A DNA stretch of 32,000 nt, from the NCBI GenBank assembly GCA_024277355.1, contig JAJRVL010000004.1, positions 120,001-152,000 on the forward strand, read 5' to 3'. The position numbers and the translations under genes were made by a program. Shown in pieces: positions 18,075 to 25,681 of this stretch; the stretch's first letter is position 1, and every line of letters starts with the position of its first letter. This DNA is from an archaeon. GTDB taxonomy: Archaea; Iainarchaeota; Iainarchaeia; Iainarchaeales; 1-14-0-10-31-34. The notes under the pieces were generated by a model. The model ran no database searches and was not told the DNA's origin. It worked only from the letters and a program-made list of their open reading frames with translations.

Positions 18075-19190
18075 ATGAAAGTAAACGGAAAACATTTCAG
18101 AAGCATTTGGCTTGAAGGAAAAAAAATTAAAGTAATTGACCAGAGAAATCTTCCTCATAAATTTGAAATCGAAGAATTAACTAATTTAGAGGAAGTTATT
18201 ACTGCAATAAAAGACATGCATGTAAGAGGCGCTCCATTAATTGGAGCAACAGCTGGTTTTGGAATGTATTTAGCAGTAAAAAAAGCAGAAGAAAAAAAAT
18301 CTGAGGAAATAATTGAAGAATCAGCAAAACAGTTAATTCAAGCAAGACCTACTGCAGTTGACTTAAAATGGACAGTAGAAAAACAACTGAAAGAAATTAA
18401 AAAAGGAAATTCATTTAAAGAAAAAAAAGAAATTGCTTTTAAAACCGCAAAAAAGATTACTGATAATTCAGCTGAACAATGCAGAAAAATCGGGGAATTT
18501 GGAGTTAAGTTAATTAAAGAAATTTCAGAAAAAAAGAAAGCAAAAACAGTTAATATTCTTACACATTGTAACGCAGGATGGCTGGCTTGCGTTGATTTTG
18601 GAACTGCAACTGCCCCTATTTATAAAGCACAAAAAAATGGAATTAAAATTCATGTCTGGGTTGATGAAACAAGACCAAGATTACAAGGAATGCTTACTTC
18701 ATGGGAATTAATGCAGCAAAAAATACCTCATACAATTATTGCTGATAATACTGGAGGCCATTTAATGCAGAAAGGATTAGTTGATTTATGTATTACTGGA
18801 GCAGATAGAGTTGCATTAAATGGAGATGCAGCAAATAAAATTGGAACTTATCTGAAAGCTTTAGCTGCAAAAGATAATGAAATTCCATTTTATGTTGCTT
18901 TGCCTTCTTCTACTTTTGATTTAAATTTAGAAAACGGAAAAAACATTCCAATTGAAGAAAGAAATGAAAATGAAATAAAATTTATTAAAGGATTAAATAA
19001 AGAAAAAATAACTGAAGTTTTAATTGCTCCTGAAAAAAGTTCAGCTAGAAATTTTGGTTTTGATGTAACTCCTGCAAGACTGATTGCCGGATTAATTACT
19101 GAAAAAGGAATCTGCAAACTAGATAAAAAAAGCATTTTAAAATTATTCCCTGAATTCAAAAAAAGATTAATTAATGATTTAAATGAGTGA
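18075..19190 (+). CDS. mtnA: S-methyl-5-thioribose-1-phosphate isomerase-like protein (aIF2B/MtnA family)
   Basis: MHVRGAPLIGATAGFGM, ILTHCNAGWLACVDFGTATAPIY, DETRPRLQG, DRVALNGDAANKIGTY, VTPARLIAGLITEKG. Confidence 0.88.
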   Translation: MKVNGKHFRSIWLEGKKIKVIDQRNLPHKFEIEELTNLEEVITAIKDMHVRGAPLIGATAGFGMYLAVKKAEEKKSEEIIEESAKQLIQARPTAVDLKWTVEKQLKEIKKGNSFKEKKEIAFKTAKKITDNSAEQCRKIGEFGVKLIKEISEKKKAKTVNILTHCNAGWLACVDFGTATAPIYKAQKNGIKIHVWVDETRPRLQGMLTSWELMQQKIPHTIIADNTGGHLMQKGLVDLCITGADRVALNGDAANKIGTYLKALAAKDNEIPFYVALPSSTFDLNLENGKNIPIEERNENEIKFIKGLNKEKITEVLIAPEKSSARNFGFDVTPARLIAGLITEKGICKLDKKSILKLFPEFKKRLINDLNE

Positions 19191-20346
19191 AGAATCCATT
19201 AAATTTCATTGTAAATTAATTAAAGGAAATTCTCCTGAAAAAATAAAGAAATTAAATCAATGGAGAAACAAACTTTTTTCTTTGAATTTAATCGGCGCAT
19301 ATTCTGATGGAATTGGCTTTGGTAATTTAAGCGAAAAAACAAAAAAAGGATTTATTGTTTCAGGAACTGCAACAGGAACAATAAAAGAATTAAAAGCAAA
19401 ACATTATGCTGAAGTAACTGGATTTAATTTAAATGAAAATTCTTTGGTTTGTAGAGGAAAAATCAAGGCTTCAAGTGAATCATTAACTCATGCAGCAGCA
19501 TATTCTTCAAGCAAAAAAATTAATGCAGTAATTCATGTTCATTCACTTAAAATGTGGAATGCATTAAAAGACAAAGTTCCAACAACAAAAAAAGGAATTT
19601 TATATGGTACCATTGAAATGGCAGAAGAAATCAAAAGATTAATGAAACAAAAAAAAATAATGCAGAAAAAAATTATTGTAATGAAAGGCCATAAAAAAGG
19701 AATAATTTGTTTTGGAAAAGATTTAGATGAAGCAGGAAATATTCTGCTTAATTATTTGAATGGAATTAATTCAGCTGAATTCCCAAAAAATTTAGTTAAA
19801 TTTCTGAAAGAAGAAAAATTAAAGTTAATTAAAAAAATAGCTAAAGGGCATTCAAGTGAAATTTTTTTAGTTAAAAAAAGAAAAAAAGAATTTGCTTTGA
19901 AAATAGAAAAAGTTAAGTCAACAAGAAATAAAATGGCTGAAAGAGAAACAGAAAATTTAATTAAAGCTAATTCTGTTAAAGTTGGACCGTTAATTTATGG
20001 TTTTGACTTAAAAAAAAGAATTATTTTAATGGAATTTATTAAAGGAAAAACTTTTAGAGAATGGCTTTTTGGATTAAAGAAAAATAAAAAAAACAAATTA
20101 ATTCTAAAAAAATTCATTAAAGAATTATTGCTTCATGCTGAAAAATTAGATGAAATTGGATTAGACCACGGCCAGTTAGCAGGAAGAGGAGTAAATATTT
20201 TAGTTAAAAGAAATAAACCTGTAATAATTGATTTTGAAAAAGCTTCATTAAACAGAAAAGTTCACAATCAAACAGTATTAGAATCTTTTTTGTTTAAAAA
20301 CCCTAATTCTATGATAACAAAAAAAGTAAAAGAAATTTTAAGTTAA
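19183..20346 (+). CDS. Fusion: class II aldolase/adducin domain (N-term) + protein-kinase-like domain (C-term, COG2112/Bud32-like)
   Basis: N-term GFGNLSEKTKKGFIVSGTATG, SLTHAAAYSSSKKINAVIHVHS; C-term AKGHSSEIFLVKKRKKEFALKIEK, ILMEFIKGKTFREWL, IGLDHGQLAGRGVNILVKRNKPVIIDFEKAS. Confidence 0.85.
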   Translation: MSEESIKFHCKLIKGNSPEKIKKLNQWRNKLFSLNLIGAYSDGIGFGNLSEKTKKGFIVSGTATGTIKELKAKHYAEVTGFNLNENSLVCRGKIKASSESLTHAAAYSSSKKINAVIHVHSLKMWNALKDKVPTTKKGILYGTIEMAEEIKRLMKQKKIMQKKIIVMKGHKKGIICFGKDLDEAGNILLNYLNGINSAEFPKNLVKFLKEEKLKLIKKIAKGHSSEIFLVKKRKKEFALKIEKVKSTRNKMAERETENLIKANSVKVGPLIYGFDLKKRIILMEFIKGKTFREWLFGLKKNKKNKLILKKFIKELLLHAEKLDEIGLDHGQLAGRGVNILVKRNKPVIIDFEKASLNRKVHNQTVLESFLFKNPNSMITKKVKEILS

Positions 20347-20409
20347 AAAAAACTATTAAATAACCGTTTATTAATTAAAAAAAAAAGAAAAAGAAAAGAA
20401 ATTCATTTT

Positions 20410-20909
20410 TTGCTTGGAATTTCTTCTGTGTATTTGTTAACAAAAGTTTTTCTTAAAACAAATTTTCTGTCAACTTCGCTGATTAAAACATCGCATGCTA
20501 TTTTGATTGCTTCCATTTCTTTAATTAAACGTTCTTTTTCTAATTCAATTTCTGAAACATTTTCATATGTTTCAATTGCATCCCAAAACATTGAACCATC
20601 AACATAAGTGTATGGATGAGAATTCATTTTTTTGGCTATTCTTTCAACCATTTTTCCTAGCCATAAATTCATTTCAACTTTAACTTGTCCTTTAATTTGT
20701 TTTCCTTTGTCAAGGTTTTTTCTTAACATATTGACAATAGTTGCTTTAGGAAAAGGAAGATTTAAATCATCAGAATCTTCTTCACTTATATCTTCTGGAA
20801 TTGCAACATCAGATTCTTCAGCTAAGTCTGCTGCCTGTTCTTCTAATTCCTGTTTTTCTTTTTCTTCAGCTTTTTTTTCCTTTATTTCGGATTTATGTTC
20901 TTTAGTCAT
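20410..20909 (-). CDS. Putative divergent histone-fold protein with acidic N-terminal tail and C-terminal helical extension (track start 20915 is TTG; ATG at 20909)
   Basis: LPFPKATIVNMLRKNLDKGKQIKGQVKVEMNLWLGKMVERIAKKMNSHPYTYVDGSMFWDAI fits alpha1-L1-long alpha2-L2-alpha3 of histones; AGGGGG SD. Confidence 0.45.
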
Positions 20910-21031
20910 TAGCAATTTACCCCCTAAAAAAACAATAGTAAGTGCTACAAATTGTATATAACATTAAAGAAGAGTTTAGAATATAAAGCCTTTCTGTAAA
21001 GAAAAGATTAATACTTTAAAAACTTTTGGGT

Positions 21032-21105
21032 TTACTCATTGAATCCATATCACACATTGTCTTGCAAATAACAATACTTCTATTGCAGTAATAATAAAGA
21101 AAAAA
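21032..21105. repeat. Tandem duplicate of the 3' end of 21111..21428 (other copy 21111-21177)
   Basis: Identical over 67 nt apart from one substitution and a 7-nt insertion (cacacat). Confidence 0.9.
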
Positions 21106-21110
21106 TTTGT

Positions 21111-21428
21111 TTACTCATTAAATCCATATTGTCTTGCAAATAACAATACTTCTATTGCAGTAATAATAAAGAAAAAACTAGCAATATAAGAAATCCATGC
21201 ACTAATTACTAATACAGGAATAGAAGAAAAATCATAAATAAACGAAATAAAATTAAATAAATGCAAAGAAAAAAACATTAATGAAGTTAAAAAAATCCAT
21301 CGCGTAATTGCCTTTAATTCAGTTGAATTAAATTTTAATGAACTTTGAAAAGAAACAACAACAGCAATTAAAATTAAAATCATGCTTGAAACATTAAGCA
21401 ATGAAGTAAAAGATAATTCTAATACCAT
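21111..21428 (-). CDS. Small multi-TM membrane protein (cassette B, MP2)
   Basis: ORF with hydrophobic helices; 1-nt overlap with next gene. Confidence 0.7.
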   Translation of the reverse strand: MVLELSFTSLLNVSSMILILIAVVVSFQSSLKFNSTELKAITRWIFLTSLMFFSLHLFNFISFIYDFSSIPVLVISAWISYIASFFFIITAIEVLLFARQYGFNE

Positions 21429-21751
21429 TAAAACAACCTTTTATTTTTCATTCCAAATTTTTCTGAAAACCTTAATGCTTCAAATGAAGTTAAAATTAAG
21501 CCAATTGCAGTTGAAATAACAAAAAAAGAACGAATACCATAAATTAATTCAAGTTCATAATTCAAATAAACCATTATTAAAATAAAAAATTGACCTGAAA
21601 CAAAAATTAATAAAGAATAAAAAAAATGCCTTAAAACATTCTTTAATTTTCCTTCATTAAATCTACTCAATGCTCCAAAAAACAACGAAACAGTTAAAAA
21701 AGAAATAATAAAACTTATAAAACTTGAAGTAAACTCAAAGCCTATATTCAT
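21428..21751 (-). CDS. Small multi-TM membrane protein (cassette B, MP1)
   Basis: ORF with hydrophobic helices; 4-nt overlap with 21748..22305. Confidence 0.7.
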   Translation of the reverse strand: MNIGFEFTSSFISFIISFLTVSLFFGALSRFNEGKLKNVLRHFFYSLLIFVSGQFFILIMVYLNYELELIYGIRSFFVISTAIGLILTSFEALRFSEKFGMKNKRLF

Positions 21752-22305
21752 TTTTTTACCTCAATTATTTTGTCGCAGAATTGTGAAACCTGTGCAATTA
21801 AATTTTCATCAACATTTTTCTGCAAAGAAATTAAAACTCCTTTAATTTTCCATTCCCTCATTTTTCCTGTTAAAAAATGCGCAAACTTTGAAACACTTTT
21901 TGACTGATTATAAATTAATAAAGTGCTTAAAGAATCAAAGAAAATAAATCTGTCTTCTTTTTGTTTCATTGAATTAAATGCTTCACCTAAAGCAATACCT
22001 AATTCAGTTAAACTGTTAGGAGAATTAATAAACAAACAATTTGGAACTTCTTTTGCTTCCCCTGAAATAGTTAAAGTAATTGCATCAATAAAAAAAATGT
22101 TTTTTGTATTAATTTTATTTTTTTTTAGTACTTCATTTAAGCTTTCAAAAGGCCTGTTAACAGTAACATAAATTCCTTTTTCTTTAAATTTATTAGTTAA
22201 AATATCCAAAATTTTAAGGTTTGTCGCAAAATATTTTTTTTCATCAGACAAAATTAAAGCAATTTCCTTATCTGAAACCTTTGATAACTCTTTTTCTAAA
22301 TCCAT
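21748..22305 (-). CDS. KaiC/RecA-like protein lacking Walker A, paralog of 14825..15388
   Basis: GIYVTVNRPFESL, KNIFFIDAIT, NSPNSLTELGIAL, RFIFFDSLSTLLIYN, AQVSQFCDKIIEV. Confidence 0.75.
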   Translation of the reverse strand: MDLEKELSKVSDKEIALILSDEKKYFATNLKILDILTNKFKEKGIYVTVNRPFESLNEVLKKNKINTKNIFFIDAITLTISGEAKEVPNCLFINSPNSLTELGIALGEAFNSMKQKEDRFIFFDSLSTLLIYNQSKSVSKFAHFLTGKMREWKIKGVLISLQKNVDENLIAQVSQFCDKIIEVKK

Positions 22306-22380
22306 TTAAAACACTTAAAAAGAAAAACTTAATACTTAAATAAAAAAGCTTTAAGAGTTAATAAACCTTACTAAAATTTA

Positions 22381-23058
22381 TTAAATGATTTTCAACAGTT
22401 CATTTACATCTTTTATTTCATAATCTGCTTTAACTTTTTTTGAAAAAAATTTCTGCCCATATTTAGCTAAACAGGTTTTCATTCCAACTTTTTTTGCACC
22501 TAAAATGTCTCTTTCAGGATTATCTCCAACAAAAAGAATTTCATTTGGATTAAATTTTAATTCTTTTAATGCTTTTTTAAAAGGGAGTTTACTTGGTTTT
22601 AATTTTCCTGTGTCATCTAAAGTAACCACAAAATCAAAATAATGAGTCATATTCATTTCAGCCAACCTTAACCAAGCCCTCATTCTTGGAGCATCAGAAA
22701 CAATTCCCAGCACTAAATTTTTTTCTTTTAATTTTACTAAAGTACTTCTTACATGAGGATAAGGGAACAAAAAGCCTGCCTGAACTCTTCTATAAGAAGC
22801 AATTCCATTGCTTAAAATCCTGTAATCAATTTTTTTAATTGTTTTTTCCAAAAACTTCTGGAAAATTCGCTGGTCTTCAATACCATATTCTTTAAATAAT
22901 TCAAACAAAATTTTTTCTGCTTTCTTTTCATTGATATTTAATCCTGAATCAATCATTGCCTGAATTGCAGCATTAGAACTTTCAGTTTTCATTCTCATAA
23001 AATCAATTAAAGTGTTATCCAAATCAAATAAAACTGCTTTAATCTTTTCTTTTTTCAT
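22381..23058 (-). CDS. HAD-superfamily hydrolase (phosphoglycolate phosphatase-like)
   Basis: AVLFDLDNTLIDF (motif I), GIVSDAPR (II), LFVGDNPERDILGAKKVGMKT (IV). Confidence 0.92.
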   Translation of the reverse strand: MKKEKIKAVLFDLDNTLIDFMRMKTESSNAAIQAMIDSGLNINEKKAEKILFELFKEYGIEDQRIFQKFLEKTIKKIDYRILSNGIASYRRVQAGFLFPYPHVRSTLVKLKEKNLVLGIVSDAPRMRAWLRLAEMNMTHYFDFVVTLDDTGKLKPSKLPFKKALKELKFNPNEILFVGDNPERDILGAKKVGMKTCLAKYGQKFFSKKVKADYEIKDVNELLKII

Positions 23059-23111
23059 TTTTCCAAATCCTGTTAAATTTTTCTTTATGTTCCCAGATCC
23101 TGTTAATTTTT

Positions 23112-23537
23112 TTATTTTTCTAAATCCAATAAAAATAATTCTGTTTCTTTATCTTTTTTTCTTTCAGTTTTTTCTTCAAATTTTTGAATAAAAATTTCCA
23201 TTGTTGCTCCTACAATTCCTGAAACAAAATGGCCTCCAAAAACACTGAAATCATTTTTTCCTAAAGTAATATGAACATGCATAAAAGGTTTTTCTTCTTT
23301 TAATGCAATGTTTCCAATAAAAGACAAAACTTCCAAGTCTTCTTCAAAAACTTTATTTATATATTTTTTTTCTGTTAAAGAAAAATGAGCTATTTCTGCT
23401 TTCTCCAGTGCTCCAATGCCTTTAACTAAACCAAAAAAAACTTTTTCTTTTTCACAAAATTCAGTTATTTTTTCAGCAATGTTTTCTCCTTTAATTAATT
23501 TTAAAATAAAACCAGAAGAAATTTTTTTGTATTCCAT
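23112..23537 (-). CDS. PPC/DUF296 domain protein
   Basis: LVKGIGALEKAEIAHF, LSFIGNIALKEEKPFMHVHITLG, GGHFVSGIVGATMEIFIQ. Confidence 0.88.
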   Translation of the reverse strand: MEYKKISSGFILKLIKGENIAEKITEFCEKEKVFFGLVKGIGALEKAEIAHFSLTEKKYINKVFEEDLEVLSFIGNIALKEEKPFMHVHITLGKNDFSVFGGHFVSGIVGATMEIFIQKFEEKTERKKDKETELFLLDLEK

Positions 23538-23592
23538 TTAAACCAACAACAAAATAGTAAAAAACTAATTAAAAATTAATTGCCTTAGTCTG

Positions 23593-23612
23593 CTGCCGGT
23601 TTTGTCCGGCAG
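23593..23612 (-). promoter_or_regulatory. GC-rich hairpin CTGCCGG-N6-CCGGCAG in the putative 5' leader of the PPC gene, downstream of a TATATATT motif
   Basis: Perfect 7-bp inverted repeat; minus-strand ctttatatatttcg just upstream. Confidence 0.5.
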
Positions 23613-23668
23613 TAACGAAATATATAAAGGATTTCATTTTATTCAATCCTTCAGTAACATAAAAATAT

Positions 23669-23725
23669 GCCTCAGTCCGCCCATCTTTCATCATGATTCA
23701 GCGTCATCGTCAGATCATCATTGGC
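23669..23725 (-). ncRNA. C/D box sRNA (2'-O-methylation guide), dual guide
   Basis: Minus strand GCC A ATGATGA TCTGACGATGACG CTGA ATC ATGATGA AAGATGGGCGGA CTGA GGC: C, D', C', D boxes all consensus, guides 13 and 12 nt, terminal stem GCC/GGC. Confidence 0.85.
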
Positions 23726-23894
23726 AAAAAAAACTAAGTGAAAAAACAAATAAAAAACAATGCAAAAAAGAATTACCCAAACTTTTTTTAATATAAGTTT
23801 ATTTCTTTAGTATAACTAAAAATAGTTTTTCATTTTTAAAGTCAATTACATTTAATACAAAAAGAATAAATAAATTAAAAACAAGTAATTAATT

Positions 23895-24464
23895 ATGCCT
23901 AAACCAAAAATAACAAGACAAGGAATTAAAAGAGTAATAAAAGGCTGGAAAGGAATTTCAAATAAAAATTTAAAGATAGCAGAAAAAAACATGCTTTATC
24001 TTGCAAAAAAAGAAAGTGCAATAAAAGCAATTAAAGAATTAGAAACTCAAACACAAAAGACTCCGGTAAATGAATTTAAAAAAAACATGGAAAAAATAAT
24101 TATAGAATCATTAAAAAAAGGAGAATCAATAAGTCAACCTCATTTTACTAAAGCAATAACTAACAAAGGAATAAAAATTATGATTAATCTAAGTTCAAAG
24201 CATGCTTTAGATTCAATAAATGAATTTAATCCTGAAAAAAGAAAACACATAAGAAAACAATTATATAAAATAGATACTGCTGCAAAATATGGCGGTGTTA
24301 TTTCAAAGAACTCAGCATTAAATGCTTATAAAGAAATTGAAAACACTCTGGGAAGAACCAAAATGAAAATATTTTTAATAAACTATAGTAAAACCGCAAA
24401 TAAATTAAGCAAAGTAATTGAAAAATTAATAGAAAATCCACCAATAAATGAATTACTTAAATAA
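23895..24464 (+). CDS. Hypothetical basic alpha-helical protein
   Basis: ORF with ATG; no recognised domain. Confidence 0.6.
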   Translation: MPKPKITRQGIKRVIKGWKGISNKNLKIAEKNMLYLAKKESAIKAIKELETQTQKTPVNEFKKNMEKIIIESLKKGESISQPHFTKAITNKGIKIMINLSSKHALDSINEFNPEKRKHIRKQLYKIDTAAKYGGVISKNSALNAYKEIENTLGRTKMKIFLINYSKTANKLSKVIEKLIENPPINELLK

Positions 24465-24515
24465 AAACACTATTTTAAATATAAAAAAAATAATTAAAAA
24501 AAAGAAAAGGAAAAA

Positions 24516-25592
24516 TTATTTTCCTTTTAATGCAAAGAAACCTATTCCTAAAATTGCTGCAATAACAACAACAACTGCAAGAGTTCCCTGAATATTATTT
24601 AAACCAAAAAATCCAGTTGAAGGAACAACAGGAGGCGCATTGTCTTTTGTTTCTTCAGTAATAGTTGAAATACATTCTCCTGCATTACAAACAGAATCTT
24701 CTCCGCAAGAAGTTCCATCTAATTGATTATTATAATTACATACTCCTTCAGAACAAGAATCAATAGTGCATGGGTTTCCGTCATTGCAGTCAACATCTAA
24801 ACATAAATTATCTGTTCCTGTTCCAAGAGTTTCTTCTGAAGTTTCATCTTCTTTTGGTTCTTCAACAGAACAATCAACTAAAGAAAAATCTTTTTTTACT
24901 TTTAAGTATCCAGGCTTGTAAACTTCAAGTTTGTATTCAATTGCTTCAGTTAAATTAAAATCAAAAATCCCATTAATATCTGTTGTACCTGAAATTAAAG
25001 ATTTATTTTCTTTAAATACAACTACAGTAGTATTACTTGCAGGTTTTTTATTTGAAAGTTTAACTTCAACTAAAGCATTAGAATTAATGCATTTATTAGA
25101 AATGGTTACGCCAAGGCCTCCGCCACCTCCGCCTCCACCGCCGCCGCCAGAGCTTCCTCCGGAAGGACTTCCAGTATCAGCAGGTGCAGGACAGTCAGCC
25201 GCACAAGAAGAAGAATTTTCGCTTCCATTACATACTCCATCACCGCAAAAAGGATCAATAGTTAAAGCTAAATTTAATTCAGTTAAACCATTATTCATAA
25301 AAGTTGATTCAGCAACTTTTGTTGCATTAACAAAAAATTCAATTGTTTCTCCCTGATTAACTCCATCTGGATCAGAAACAAAAAATAAATCAGGAGTAAA
25401 ACCATAAGTTCCATCAATAGAATTAATTGAACCAAACTCAACTCCATCAATTTGAGCACTAATAGTTGCATTATTTGCAGGATTGTCGTTAATAGTTACT
25501 TGTCCATAAAATTGATGCGGCCATCCAACCGCAAAAACTGAACTCAATAAAAATACTGAAAAAATAATTAAAATAAAATAATTTAACTTCAT
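24516..25592 (-). CDS. Secreted, C-terminally membrane-anchored surface protein with Gly-rich linker
   Basis: Signal peptide MKLNYFILIIFSVFLLSSVFA; FCGDGVCNGSENSSSCAADCP motif; 11-Gly run; C-terminal TM LAVVVVIAAILGIGFFALKGK; AAGGGGG SD. Confidence 0.85.
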   Translation of the reverse strand: MKLNYFILIIFSVFLLSSVFAVGWPHQFYGQVTINDNPANNATISAQIDGVEFGSINSIDGTYGFTPDLFFVSDPDGVNQGETIEFFVNATKVAESTFMNNGLTELNLALTIDPFCGDGVCNGSENSSSCAADCPAPADTGSPSGGSSGGGGGGGGGGGLGVTISNKCINSNALVEVKLSNKKPASNTTVVVFKENKSLISGTTDINGIFDFNLTEAIEYKLEVYKPGYLKVKKDFSLVDCSVEEPKEDETSEETLGTGTDNLCLDVDCNDGNPCTIDSCSEGVCNYNNQLDGTSCGEDSVCNAGECISTITEETKDNAPPVVPSTGFFGLNNIQGTLAVVVVIAAILGIGFFALKGK

Positions 25593-25657
25593 ATATAGTC
25601 CCCCTTAATTAACTAATTAATATATTCAGTTTTTATGTAAAAAAGAATAAAAAGAGT

Positions 25658-25681
25658 GGGTTTTAGTCAAAAAACCCACAA
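25658..25681 (-). terminator. Hairpin GTGGGTTTTTTGACTAAAACCCAC containing the stop codon of the giant gene, followed by a T-rich tract
   Basis: Inverted repeat gtgggtttt/aaaacccac; minus strand continues TCTTTTTATTCTTTTTT. Confidence 0.5.

Noticed and set aside
21032-21177. CRISPR repeat or transposon target-site duplication
   Set aside because: Only two copies, ~5-nt separation, one copy inside coding sequence; better explained as a tandem gene-tail duplication.
23676-23714. Alternative C/D parsing using the internal CTGA/GATGA within guide 1
   Set aside because: It would leave a 1-nt guide; the parsing with 13/12-nt guides and a GCC/GGC terminal stem is canonical.
23602-23796. 64-aa plus ORF
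   Set aside because: Overlaps the well-supported minus-strand C/D sRNA and has no conserved features; chance ORF.
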